A stretch of 64,000 nt of DNA from Verrucomicrobiota bacterium (lineage in GTDB: Bacteria > Verrucomicrobiota > Verrucomicrobiia > Limisphaerales > UBA11358). A program made the position numbers and the translations under genes. Below are positions 18,174 through 27,880 of the stretch, in pieces (the stretch's first letter is position 1; each line of letters starts with the position of its first letter). The stretch covers positions 22,332 through 86,331 of the forward strand of contig JBEKYY010000013.1 of NCBI GenBank assembly GCA_049510395.1. The letters are read 5' to 3'. The notes beneath the pieces are model-generated. The model was not told the DNA's origin, did no database searches, and saw only the letters and a list, made by a program, of their open reading frames with translations.

Positions 18174-20777
18174 ATGTCGTCACATCACCCAGTTGTCGTC
18201 ACCGGCCTCGGCGTCATCACCGCCGCGGGGTGCGGTGTGTCTGCAGTGTGGGACGCCCTGCGCGCGGGCCGCAGCGGTTTGGGGCCGCTGACGCTCTTCG
18301 CCTCCCCGCGTCATGGCCGGCATCTGGTCGGCCAGGTGTGCGTGGACGTGGACGCCCTAGCCGGCAACGTGCGCGGCTCGCGCTCGGACAAGCTCGCGTG
18401 GATTGCGACACAAGAAGCGGTGAAGCAGGCGGGACTGGAACCCGGTCTCCGCTCCTTGGCGTCCGAACGCGTCGGCGTGGCCTTCGGCTCCACCGTCGCG
18501 GGCATGTTGGGCACGGAGGAAGTCCTTCGCCGTTTGTTGCGTGAAGACCGGCAGCGCTTCGGCCCGTTCCGCTTTCACGAATGCGCGTCGGCCACCGAAT
18601 TGTGCGCGCGGCAGCTCGGCGTGCGCGGGCCGTGCCTCACTTTTTCCACGGCGTGTTCGGCGGGCGCGATGGCCATCGCGGCGGCGGCGGAAATGATTGA
18701 GAGCGGCGAGGCCGACGTAATGGTTGCGGGCGGCGCGGATTCGTTGTCGCGGCTGACGCTGAATGGTTTTGGCTCGCTGCTGTTGCTGGACCCCAACGGC
18801 TGCCGGCCTTTCGATGCCGCCCGCACCGGCATCAGTCTCGGTGAAGGCGCCGGGGTGCTCGTGCTGGAAGCGGAAGCCACGGCACGGGCGCGCGGCGCGA
18901 AAATTCTGGCCCGGCTGTCGGGCTGGGGCGCGAGTTGCGACGCCAGCCACACCACCGCGCCGCATCCCGAAGGCGATGGCGCGCTCGCGGCGATGCGTCT
19001 GGCGCTGGAACGAAGCGGCCTGCCGCCCGGCGGCATCAATTATGTGAGCGCGCACGGCACCGGCACGCCCGACAATGACGCGATGGAGGCAAAAGCGTTG
19101 CGCCGCTTGTTTGGCGAATCCGTGCCGCCGTTTTCGTCGGTGAAGCGGTTCTTCGGCCACACGCTGGCCGCGAGCGGCGCGATCAAGGCGGTGGTCTGCA
19201 TCCGGGCACTCCAGGAGCAGGCCGTTCCCGCCAGTCTCGGCTGCGACACAACCGACCCGAAGATCGGACTGGAACCGGTGCGCCAGTTTCGCGAACTGCC
19301 GCTCGAACACATCCTGAGCAATTCATTCGGCTTCGGCGGAAACAACGCGGCGCTCGTGTTTTCACGGGCGGAAAGGCTGAAAAGCGGGAATGGTGGAGTG
19401 CTGGAATATTGGAGCCAGGCCGATCCGCCACCTGTCCCATCACTCCATCACTCCATCACTCCATCGGATTCTCCCCTTCGCCTCGCCGTGGTGAGCACGG
19501 GCGTGGTGAGCGCCGCCGGCAATTCGCTGGAAGAAGTCGGGCGGACCTTCCGGGCTGGTGGCGCGGTGCCGGTCGTGACTGAGTTGCGTGCGCCGCTGCG
19601 GGGTGGCCTGGTTCCCGCGTATGCCTGTGGCGAGTTCGGCGCAACGGAGATGATTCTCCCGGCCCGGCGGCGGAAGCTGGGCCGGCTCCAGCAGATGGCG
19701 CTCGTGGCCGCGCGCCGCAGTCTGGCGGCAGGCGGGCTGTCCGCGTTGCCGCCGGAACGCACGTGCATCACGGTCGGCACCGGCCTGGGGTGTTTGAATG
19801 AGACGGCGCTGTTCGTGGAGAACATGCTGGTCAACGAGGAGCGCGCCCCGCTGCCGACGCGTTTCACCAATTCAGTTCACAACGCCTGCGCCTCGAATTT
19901 GGCCATCGAACTAGGATTGAAAGGGCTGAACTCCACGCCCACGCACCAGGAGATTTCGTTTGAAACGGCGTTGTGGCAGAGCGCGTGGGAAATCAGCCGT
20001 GGCCGCGCCGACTTCGCGCTCGCCGGTGGCGCGGATGAATTGAATTCGTATGTGCTCGCGGCCGGTGCGCGCTGGGGTTGGTGGGATGCCGCCACGCCTG
20101 CGTTGCGACCGTTTGCCGAAGGCTTGCACAAAAAACAACGGCCCTTGCCCGGTGAAGGCGCGGCGGTGTTTTTGCTGGCCGACGCGAATAAAGCGCCGAA
20201 CCCGCTGGCGCAAGTGGCGGCGATCCGGCTGGGGCGATTCGCGGGGTTGCCGGGCGGCGGCATTGATGCGAAGGCGGAAGCGGCGTGGATTTGCGAAACG
20301 CTGGAACGCAACGGGCTTTCGCTTGCGGAGATGGACGCGGTGTTATGCGGTGCGAACGGCTGGCAACCGCTGGACCAGATGTATCGCACAGTTGCGAACC
20401 GCCTCGCGCAACTGGCGGGCCGGACAATTCCGTGTGGCGCTTACAAACATTGCTGCGGCGAGTATTACAGCGCGTCGGCTTTTGGATTGTTGACGGCAGT
20501 CGGCATGGTGCGCGGGGAAATTTCATTTGCGCACTGCTATCCAACTGTATCGGACCCGCGCACTGCTCCTGTTTTTCTCCCTCTCCTCCCCAAAGGAGGA
20601 GAGGGCCGGGGTGAGGAGCCCGTTATTTCCCAGATCAAATCCCCTCTCCCCAGCCCTCTCCCCGCTCAGGCGGGGCGAGGGAGTCGGGATAGTGTCAAGA
20701 TGCGCTCGCCGCGCAATGTGTTGCTTTACACCCTCAGTCCCGGCGGTTGCCGGGCAATGTGCTGCGTATGCGCCTGA
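18174..20777 (+). CDS. Fused KS + KS-like (CLF) didomain protein
   Basis: Domain 1 STACSAG, AHGTGT, GHTLAASG, NSFGFGG; domain 2 PTRFTNSVHN, GEGAA without catalytic Cys. Confidence 0.85.
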   Translation: MSSHHPVVVTGLGVITAAGCGVSAVWDALRAGRSGLGPLTLFASPRHGRHLVGQVCVDVDALAGNVRGSRSDKLAWIATQEAVKQAGLEPGLRSLASERVGVAFGSTVAGMLGTEEVLRRLLREDRQRFGPFRFHECASATELCARQLGVRGPCLTFSTACSAGAMAIAAAAEMIESGEADVMVAGGADSLSRLTLNGFGSLLLLDPNGCRPFDAARTGISLGEGAGVLVLEAEATARARGAKILARLSGWGASCDASHTTAPHPEGDGALAAMRLALERSGLPPGGINYVSAHGTGTPDNDAMEAKALRRLFGESVPPFSSVKRFFGHTLAASGAIKAVVCIRALQEQAVPASLGCDTTDPKIGLEPVRQFRELPLEHILSNSFGFGGNNAALVFSRAERLKSGNGGVLEYWSQADPPPVPSLHHSITPSDSPLRLAVVSTGVVSAAGNSLEEVGRTFRAGGAVPVVTELRAPLRGGLVPAYACGEFGATEMILPARRRKLGRLQQMALVAARRSLAAGGLSALPPERTCITVGTGLGCLNETALFVENMLVNEERAPLPTRFTNSVHNACASNLAIELGLKGLNSTPTHQEISFETALWQSAWEISRGRADFALAGGADELNSYVLAAGARWGWWDAATPALRPFAEGLHKKQRPLPGEGAAVFLLADANKAPNPLAQVAAIRLGRFAGLPGGGIDAKAEAAWICETLERNGLSLAEMDAVLCGANGWQPLDQMYRTVANRLAQLAGRTIPCGAYKHCCGEYYSASAFGLLTAVGMVRGEISFAHCYPTVSDPRTAPVFLPLLPKGGEGRGEEPVISQIKSPLPSPLPAQAGRGSRDSVKMRSPRNVLLYTLSPGGCRAMCCVCA
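19390..19465. repeat. tggagt/actcca REP-like element forming the interdomain linker
   Basis: atggtggagtgctggaatattggag ... (ccatcact)x3; in frame. Confidence 0.7.
20577..20684. repeat. CCCTCTCC-family palindromic doublet, in frame in the KS-CLF C-terminus
   Basis: ccctctcctccccaaaggaggagaggg ... cccctctccccagccctctccccgctcaggcggggcgaggg. Confidence 0.85.
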
Positions 20778-21553
20778 CCCGGTTCCAGTGGATTATTGCA
20801 GCGACGCTGCTGGCGGCGGCGCTGATTGTCGTCACATGCTCCGGCGCATGGTGCCTCCTCTGGCTTTCCTTGTTGTTCAGCATTTCTGGAACATGCGTCG
20901 GTCTGGGAGTTTCGTTTCCGCAATGGCAGCTTTTTGGCAAATGCCTGTGCCGCGTTCAGACAAATCAGAAGCTCGTCGCGCTGACCTTCGACGACGGGCC
21001 TGATCCTGACAGCACGCCGGCGTTGCTCGACCTGCTGGCCCGGCGGAACATTCGCGCGACGTTCTTCTGCATCGGCGAACGGGTGGCCCGCCAGCCGGAG
21101 TTGGCGCGGCGCATCGCAGCCGAAGGGCATTCCATAGAAAACCATTCGCACCGCCACCAATTCTGGACGAATCTGCTGGCCGAAGAAAAACTCGAGGCCG
21201 ACCTCGCGCAAGCACAGGAGGAAATCCGCCGGGTTTCGGGGCGAACCCCGGCGTGGTTTCGACCGCCGATGGGGCTGACCAATCCGCGCGTGTTTCGCGT
21301 CACGCGCAAACTGGGTCTGCGGATGGCCGGCTACACGGCGCGCGGCCTGGATCTGCGGGCGGACGGGCCGGAACGGATTGTCGCGCGGCTGCGGCGCGGA
21401 TTGCGACCCGGCGCGATTCTGCTGTTGCACGACGGCGGCGTGCCGGCGGCGCGGTTGACGGCCACGGTGACGGCGCTCATGGACATGCTTCAGACCGAAG
21501 GCTACCATTGCGTCCGGCTCGATGAATTGGTTTCAAACGAGACAAAATCATGA
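20768..21553 (+). CDS. Polysaccharide deacetylase (CE4) with N-terminal TM helices
   Basis: TFDDGP, NHSHRH, FRPPMG, LLHDG. Confidence 0.9.
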   Translation: MRLTRFQWIIAATLLAAALIVVTCSGAWCLLWLSLLFSISGTCVGLGVSFPQWQLFGKCLCRVQTNQKLVALTFDDGPDPDSTPALLDLLARRNIRATFFCIGERVARQPELARRIAAEGHSIENHSHRHQFWTNLLAEEKLEADLAQAQEEIRRVSGRTPAWFRPPMGLTNPRVFRVTRKLGLRMAGYTARGLDLRADGPERIVARLRRGLRPGAILLLHDGGVPAARLTATVTALMDMLQTEGYHCVRLDELVSNETKS

Positions 21554-21653
21554 AACGGCGATTCAACAAAATTGTTCAAGTCCGGAAGAGCAACCTTGTT
21601 CGGTTTGAGCCATCGCCAAAAACAAGGACACCGAAGTCAACCATCGGCAAACC

Positions 21654-23099
21654 ATGAAAATCTATTTCCAGATCATTTTCATTTCCTTGCTCATCCTTCC
21701 ATCGGCGCAGTCCACCGAGCCAGTGTATGACGGCAAGGCGTTGAGCGAGTGGCTGCTGGCGTTGGACGCCAGCCTCTCGGATGAGGAACAGATCGCGGCC
21801 ACACAGCAAAACGTGGATCCAGCCAAATTGATTGAGCAAAAAAAAAGCCGTGCCCAAGAAGCCATCCGACAGATTGGGACCAACGGCCTGCCGACGTTGC
21901 TGGACATCATCAGTGTCGAGCAATGGGACCGAAAAAAGGTGCTGGGCAAGCTCAAGAGCAAGGATTTTCAGAAAGCTGCCGGGAACAAAGATATTCCGAC
22001 AGAAGTCTTCAGGAGTTTGGCCGTGGATGGGTTTGGGATTTTGGGAACCAACGCCGAGCCGGCGATTCCGCAACTGACCAAGTTGTTGTACGGAAGCCCC
22101 GAATGCCAGTCGGAAGTGGCTTGCGCCTTGGTGCATATCGGCCCCAAAGGTTTCGCTGTACTGACCAATGCCACGAACAACGACGACTTGGTGGGAGTTT
22201 TGGTTCAAACGATCGGTCAGAAGGGCGGAGGTGATGTTAAGACTGTTACCCGGATATTGATCAGCGCCCTCAAGGATTCGAGCGCGGCAGTTCGTGGCAA
22301 TGCGGCTTACTTTCTTTCCGGCAAGGATGCGACGTTGGCCGTGCCGGCTTTGATTCCGATGCTGGACGACAGTCAGGAATATCCGCGGCAACGTGCGGCT
22401 CTTGCGCTGGGCAGTTTTGGGCCGGCGGCGAAGAGTGCGGTTCCAAAACTGTGGTCGGTTTACACGAACAGCCCAGACGTTTTTGTCATGGGTGCGTTGA
22501 AGGCGATAGATAAGGAGGTGGCAAGACAGGCGGAGGAATTTCTAGTCAACAGCGGACCGTTGAATGACGCCCGCAAAGGCTATACGAGAACGAAGCTGAC
22601 AAATGGATTGGAACTGATCGTAGGAGGTTGGATTCACACTGAAATTCCCATTGTCACCAACCGCTATCTTTCCAGCGCGGAATTGCTTGATCCGGTAACG
22701 GGGAAGTGGATGAAAACCGGCGAGATGCACATCGCGCGCGTTGGTCATGCCGCTGTCTTATTGCGCGACGGCAGGGTGCTGGTAGCCGGTGGACGCGTTA
22801 AAGGGAACAACGCACTTTCAAGCGCAGAGCTGTATGATCCAACCACCGGAGTATGGAAGGAGACCAGTTCGATGAACGCCGCACACCGCACGGCTTGTGG
22901 AATTCTGCAATCCAATGGGAGGGTCCTGATTTTTTCTGGCCGCGGCAATCGTAACAGTCCGGCTACCGACAAGGAACTATACAATCCTGCTACGGAAACT
23001 TGGAAAACAATTCCAGAGGAACCGGCTTTTGACAAAGCTTTGTACAATGATTATACCGACACGTGGGCACTTCCGCCACGCCACAAAGATTATGAATGA
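21654..23099 (+). CDS. Secreted HEAT-repeat + Kelch-repeat protein (lower GC)
   Basis: Signal peptide; HEAT units; SAELYDPTTGVW, GRVLVAGG Kelch motifs. Confidence 0.75.
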   Translation: MKIYFQIIFISLLILPSAQSTEPVYDGKALSEWLLALDASLSDEEQIAATQQNVDPAKLIEQKKSRAQEAIRQIGTNGLPTLLDIISVEQWDRKKVLGKLKSKDFQKAAGNKDIPTEVFRSLAVDGFGILGTNAEPAIPQLTKLLYGSPECQSEVACALVHIGPKGFAVLTNATNNDDLVGVLVQTIGQKGGGDVKTVTRILISALKDSSAAVRGNAAYFLSGKDATLAVPALIPMLDDSQEYPRQRAALALGSFGPAAKSAVPKLWSVYTNSPDVFVMGALKAIDKEVARQAEEFLVNSGPLNDARKGYTRTKLTNGLELIVGGWIHTEIPIVTNRYLSSAELLDPVTGKWMKTGEMHIARVGHAAVLLRDGRVLVAGGRVKGNNALSSAELYDPTTGVWKETSSMNAAHRTACGILQSNGRVLIFSGRGNRNSPATDKELYNPATETWKTIPEEPAFDKALYNDYTDTWALPPRHKDYE

Positions 23100-23109
23100 A
23101 CGGGAAATT

Positions 23110-23862
23110 ATGAAATCCTGGAAAGCTAAAGTTCAGATTTTTTTGTGCGTGCTGATCGTGCAGATGGGTCTGTCCCTTTGTCTTGCCCACGATAACGTAA
23201 CGATGCATCCGCCAATTTCTGACAGCGTCACGCAAACGACAAATCCGCCGCCAGTTTCCCTGGAGGAAGTCAGCCGCGCGATGGCGAAGGCCAAGACGGT
23301 GTTCACCCGCTTTGTGCAGGAACGGCATCTGGCGCTCTTCAACGAGCCGCTGCGGTCCGAAGGTTGTCTTTGCTTCGAAAAGCCGGGGCGCGTCCGATGG
23401 GAAATCACCAGCCCATACCAGTCCATTTTGGTTTCAGACGGTTTGGGCGTGGCGCAGTTTGAGTGGCTGGATGAGAAGTGGAGGAAGCTCGACGCCGGAC
23501 TCGCGGGCGCGATGCAAAATGTGGTCGCCCAGATCGCCGCCGTGATGGAGGGCCGTTACGCGAGCGACAGCCGGGATTACACGGTAACACTGGCCGACAG
23601 CCCTGAAGGGCCCGTCATCACGCTCGTGCCACGCAACGAAACGATGCGAAAGATGATGCATGCCATCGAGGTTCATCTGGCGGCGGACCTGAAAGGCACG
23701 CGCCGGATTGTGCTGCGGGAAACCGGCGGGGATTTCACGGACATCCGCTTCAGCGAACAGGTCATCGGCCTCGAACTGCCGCCGCGGACGTTTGACCGGA
23801 ATGCGCCGCTGGACTTGGCGGACATCCTGCAAGCCGTAGCGAAAGCCAAAGCGCAGCCCTGA
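23110..23862 (+). CDS. LolA-like lipoprotein carrier
   Basis: FVQERHL...PLRSEG...KPGRVRWEITSPY. Confidence 0.8.
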   Translation: MKSWKAKVQIFLCVLIVQMGLSLCLAHDNVTMHPPISDSVTQTTNPPPVSLEEVSRAMAKAKTVFTRFVQERHLALFNEPLRSEGCLCFEKPGRVRWEITSPYQSILVSDGLGVAQFEWLDEKWRKLDAGLAGAMQNVVAQIAAVMEGRYASDSRDYTVTLADSPEGPVITLVPRNETMRKMMHAIEVHLAADLKGTRRIVLRETGGDFTDIRFSEQVIGLELPPRTFDRNAPLDLADILQAVAKAKAQP

Positions 23863-24867
23863 ATGTCGAACGTGATTTCCATGCTACTAGAGGTCATGCG
23901 GAAATCCTGCGGATGTTTTGTCTTCTTGCAAAGCGCCAGAGGACTGGCGCACTCCAAGACGCTTCGCGTATTTCAGGAATCATCATGCCGCGCGCAGCGT
24001 CTTGGAGTGCGGCGGCCCTCCGCCGCTTTTTCCAGCGGCATATTCAACGGCTCCGATGTTAATTGGAACTACAGCAGCTGGAAAAGAATATCGCGCCTCC
24101 TCTCCCCGGCCCTCTCCTCCTTTGGGGGAGGAGAGGGAGTTGGCCCGCTACAATCGTTGTTCAGTTGCATCCGGGCGAAAGCCGGTCTGCTCGCATTTGC
24201 CTGCCTGTTGTCGGGTTGCATTTCGCCGCGTCCTTATCCGGTGGCGCCACTGGCGGGAATACCGGCGCAGGAGGCTGAACGGATGGCGCGTCAAAACCTC
24301 GCCAGCCTGTTCCCGCTGCAATATCGCTCGGTGCAACGCGCCCTCATCACCGTGGCAGGCAAACAGTTCACCTGTGACGGCGTGCTCGAGGTGTCAACAA
24401 ACGATGGCTGGTACCTCGCCATCGTGAGTAATCTGGGGCTGGTGGCCGGGCTGCGCGTGAACCGGGACGGTTCGTGCGAGGTGCTCCAGGTGACGCCCTT
24501 GTTCCGCGAATTCTGGACCCGGCAATTCGTGGCGCGGGACGTGCGCCGGCTGTTCATTCCGCCACCAGAGTTCGTTTCCGCCGGGCGTTTGGCTGACGGA
24601 CGGCTGGCTTGCGAAACCGTGCCGGAATCCGACGGCGCGGTGGTGCGTTACGTCTTCAGCGCCGACGGCCAACAGTGGCAGGAACTGGAAGTTTCGCGCG
24701 GTGGCTGCCGGGAGTATCACGCCTTGCTGCGCGGTTATCGCGCCTTTGCCGGGCACGCGCGCGAAGTGCCTGCGGAAATTGAAGTGCACGCGGAGAGCTA
24801 CCAGCTTCACTTACGGCTGGTGGAACTTAACCTGAAGAATGAAATCGCACCGGAGGCCGCGCAATGA
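23863..24867 (+). CDS. Lipoprotein, DUF3261-like; true start probably downstream (near 24157)
   Basis: Lipobox LSGC near 24220; the upstream part of the ORF is made of two repeat elements. Confidence 0.55.
   Translation: MSNVISMLLEVMRKSCGCFVFLQSARGLAHSKTLRVFQESSCRAQRLGVRRPSAAFSSGIFNGSDVNWNYSSWKRISRLLSPALSSFGGGEGVGPLQSLFSCIRAKAGLLAFACLLSGCISPRPYPVAPLAGIPAQEAERMARQNLASLFPLQYRSVQRALITVAGKQFTCDGVLEVSTNDGWYLAIVSNLGLVAGLRVNRDGSCEVLQVTPLFREFWTRQFVARDVRRLFIPPPEFVSAGRLADGRLACETVPESDGAVVRYVFSADGQQWQELEVSRGGCREYHALLRGYRAFAGHAREVPAEIEVHAESYQLHLRLVELNLKNEIAPEAAQ
23894..24060. repeat. Palindromic MITE/REP doublet, family A
   Basis: Highly similar to 14882-15048. Confidence 0.85.
24096..24140. repeat. CCCTCTCC-family hairpin
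   Basis: ctcctctccccggccctctcctcctttgggggaggagagggag. Confidence 0.8.
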
Positions 24868-26552
24868 GTCGTGCCTTGAGCAAACCTCGCCGCTGGCTGC
24901 GCCGACTGTCGTGGGCTGCTGGAATTCTGGTTGCGCTGCTGTTGCTGGCGTCGCTGGTCATGCTGGGGTTGATGCACCGCTGGGTGGCGCGTCCCCCGCA
25001 ACTGGCCCGGGAACCTGCGATGCTTCATGAGTCCGTGAAGGTGCAGGGCGACCGGGTTTATCTGGGCCGCAACTGGTTTGAGCGCCGCGATGGATTGCCG
25101 GTGCTGTATCTGACCGGAACACCGTTTGAGATGGGTTATGCCAATGGCGTGCTGACGGAGAAATACATTCACCGGCAGGAAGACGCCGTCCTCGATTTGC
25201 TGCACCAGGTGGCGCCGTATCAATGGACGCAGTTCATGCTGAAGTTTTTGATCACTTACAAGAACCGTCACCTGTCCGACGCGATTCCGGAGGCTTACCG
25301 GATGGAAATCTTCGGCTTGAGCCGCGGCTGCCCGGATACGCATCCCCGCGTAGGCCCGTTCTACCATCGCATCCTGAACTACCACGCGGCCCAGGATATT
25401 TCCTACATGCTGATGAACAGCCCGCTGATTCGGGGCGGCTGCACGGCCTTTGGCGCATGGGCGCCGGTGACGCACGACGGGCATCTGCTGCTGGGACGCA
25501 ACTTTGACTGGGAGGCCGCGCCGGTGTTTGACGAGGACCGCATGGTCATCATTTGCGAACCCGACGAGGGCATCCCTTTCATCTCGCTGGCGTGGGCCGG
25601 CATGGCGGGCTGCGTCTCGGCGATGAACCGGGCCGGGCTGGCCGTTACGGTCAACGGCGCGCCGTCGCAATTGCCCGCCGACACCGGGGCGCCAACGAGC
25701 ATCGTCGCCCGTGACGTGGTGCAACACGCGTCGAACATCAAGGAGGCGGTTGAAATCATCCGGCGGTATCGGGTCTTTGTGTCGGCGCAATTTCTGGTCG
25801 GCAGCCGGCAGGACGGGCGCTTCGTGGTGGTGGAGAAGACGCCGGAGCAAACGGTCGTCCGCGAATCCTCCGACGCCGGATTCACGGTCTGCGCGAACCA
25901 TTACATGACAGCGGCGCTCACGAACGACCCGACCAACCTGAAATATTTGCAGGCCGACACTTCGTTGCCGCGCTACGCACGGATGGCCGGGTTGCTCCAG
26001 CGGAACACCGGCACGCTCGATGCCACGCGATCCGCCCTCATCCTGCGTGATCGGGAACTTCCCGGCGACCGTTTTGCCGGCAACGGCCATCGCAGTTCGC
26101 TCAATCCGCTCATCGCCACACACTCGGTCATCATGGATTTGACCGGCGGGATTTTTTGGTCCGCCACACCGCCGCACCAGTTGGGCCGGTTCATCGCCTT
26201 CGACGTCAACGACCCGGAAAAAGCGCTGCCGGAGCTGGCCGTGGCCGGGGACCCGATGCTGACCGATGGCGAATATGAAATCTATCTCGCCGCGAAGGCC
26301 GGTTTGAGCGACGGCTGGCTGGCGTTGAAGCAGGGCGACCTTGTCGCAGCCATCCATTGCGCGCAACTGGCGGAGAAAAACAATCCGGGCTTTTACCAGA
26401 ACTCCTGGCTGCTGGCCGAAGTGTTGTTCCGGCAGGGCAAATACCCGGAAGCAGCGGCGGCGTGCCGCAAAGCGCTGGAAGGCAAACCGGCCCTGGCCCG
26501 CGAACGGCGGCGGATCGAACAACTCCTCACCCAGGCGGAAACGCAAAAATGA
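24864..26552 (+). CDS. C45 family Ntn-hydrolase/acyltransferase with C-terminal TPR
   Basis: GTPFEMG, GG|CTAFG nucleophile, GRNFDW, VVVEKTP, CANHY. Confidence 0.85.
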   Translation: MSRALSKPRRWLRRLSWAAGILVALLLLASLVMLGLMHRWVARPPQLAREPAMLHESVKVQGDRVYLGRNWFERRDGLPVLYLTGTPFEMGYANGVLTEKYIHRQEDAVLDLLHQVAPYQWTQFMLKFLITYKNRHLSDAIPEAYRMEIFGLSRGCPDTHPRVGPFYHRILNYHAAQDISYMLMNSPLIRGGCTAFGAWAPVTHDGHLLLGRNFDWEAAPVFDEDRMVIICEPDEGIPFISLAWAGMAGCVSAMNRAGLAVTVNGAPSQLPADTGAPTSIVARDVVQHASNIKEAVEIIRRYRVFVSAQFLVGSRQDGRFVVVEKTPEQTVVRESSDAGFTVCANHYMTAALTNDPTNLKYLQADTSLPRYARMAGLLQRNTGTLDATRSALILRDRELPGDRFAGNGHRSSLNPLIATHSVIMDLTGGIFWSATPPHQLGRFIAFDVNDPEKALPELAVAGDPMLTDGEYEIYLAAKAGLSDGWLALKQGDLVAAIHCAQLAEKNNPGFYQNSWLLAEVLFRQGKYPEAAAACRKALEGKPALARERRRIEQLLTQAETQK

Positions 26553-27403
26553 AAACCGGCAACGAACGTTTCTTCCCGCTGACGGTGCTGCGGTTTTCCA
26601 TCGGCTACGGCAGTTATCTGGTTTCGAAAATCGTCTTTGTGCTGGCCGCCCTGCCGCTCGTCTTCGTCTTGTGGCCGTTTCCACGGGCCAAATACCGGTT
26701 GCTCCAGGCAGTGATACACCATTACCTGGCGTTTTTCAGCCGTACCTGGCTTCCGGCCATTGGCGTGTACCGGGTAGTCGAAATCGCGGGTCGGGAACGG
26801 GCGTTAACCGTCCGTCCGGCAGTTTGCGTGGCGAACCACCGCGGGTTCATGGATTCAATTTTATTGCTGGGACTGATGCCGCGCACAGGGGTGTTGATCA
26901 AATCCCGCGACACCCGGCAGCCGATGTACGGGCTGCTGGCACGGCACTTCGACCTGGTGAGCGTGGACCGTCATTCGCTGAACTCCGTATCCGCCTCGCT
27001 TGACCGGTGCCGCCGCGTGCTCGACGCCGGGAAAAATTTGTTGATCTTTCCGGAAGGGACACGCGCCCGCAGCGGACGTTTGCAGCATTTTAACCGCATC
27101 GCGTTTGATCTGGCGCTGGCTGCCGGCGTGCCCGTGGTGCCCGTGGTCATTCATTCCACCCAGCCGTTCATGGCAAAATTGCCGGGCAGCATCTTTCCCC
27201 GCCGCCAAAACGATTACCGCATTCGATTTCTTGACCCGGAGATTCCGCACCCCGATGATGACGCCGACGCGCTGTGCGACCGTGTCCATCGCCGCATGGC
27301 GCAAGAACTCAATACGCTGGACGCCGGCACGGTTTGGGAAACCAGGCGGGTCGCCGGCGACGACACTGCAATAAAAGAACCCTCAGCCACCAAAACCCCA
27401 TGA
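26549..27403 (+). CDS. Lysophospholipid acyltransferase (PlsC family)
   Basis: NHRGFMD (HX4D), FPEGTR. Confidence 0.88.
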   Translation: MKTGNERFFPLTVLRFSIGYGSYLVSKIVFVLAALPLVFVLWPFPRAKYRLLQAVIHHYLAFFSRTWLPAIGVYRVVEIAGRERALTVRPAVCVANHRGFMDSILLLGLMPRTGVLIKSRDTRQPMYGLLARHFDLVSVDRHSLNSVSASLDRCRRVLDAGKNLLIFPEGTRARSGRLQHFNRIAFDLALAAGVPVVPVVIHSTQPFMAKLPGSIFPRRQNDYRIRFLDPEIPHPDDDADALCDRVHRRMAQELNTLDAGTVWETRRVAGDDTAIKEPSATKTP

Positions 27404-27870
27404 CCGACCAACCGCTCTTCGAGTTGCCCGAACTCCTGTCCATCCTGCCACATCGCCCGCCGTTTCTGTTTGTGGACCGGGTGATGAAGCTGGAGCCGCA
27501 CAAACTCATCATTGCCGAGCGCACGCTGCGTCCGGACGAACCGCAGTTTGCCGGCCACTTCCCGGGCCGCGCCATCATGCCGGGCGTGCTGGTCACCGAG
27601 GCGCTGGCCCAAACCAGCGGACTGCTGCTGGGCTTGAGCGAGCGCGCCACCGGCGCCGCGCCTCCCGAACAACCCCAAATGTTTTTTCTCGCCGCCAACA
27701 CCATGAAATACAAGCATCCCGCCGCGCCCGGCGACGTGCTCGTGCTGCGGGCCGAGAGTGACAAAAACTTCGGTGCGCTTTTCCGTTTCAACGTCGAGGC
27801 GACAGCGGGACGAAACCTCGTGGCCTCCGGCTCGCTCACGCTCGCCTTGGTTTCGGGCAAACGACCGTAA
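27400..27870 (+). CDS. fabZ: 3-hydroxyacyl-ACP dehydratase
   Basis: LPHRPPFLFVD, GHFPGRAIMPGVLVTEALAQ. Confidence 0.9.
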   Translation: MTDQPLFELPELLSILPHRPPFLFVDRVMKLEPHKLIIAERTLRPDEPQFAGHFPGRAIMPGVLVTEALAQTSGLLLGLSERATGAAPPEQPQMFFLAANTMKYKHPAAPGDVLVLRAESDKNFGALFRFNVEATAGRNLVASGSLTLALVSGKRP

Positions 27871-27880
27871 ACATTACGCC

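Noticed and set aside
21520-23110. Possible 3'-end duplication around the HEAT-Kelch gene
   Set aside because: Similarity (acaaaatcatga vs acaaagattatga) is too short to distinguish from chance
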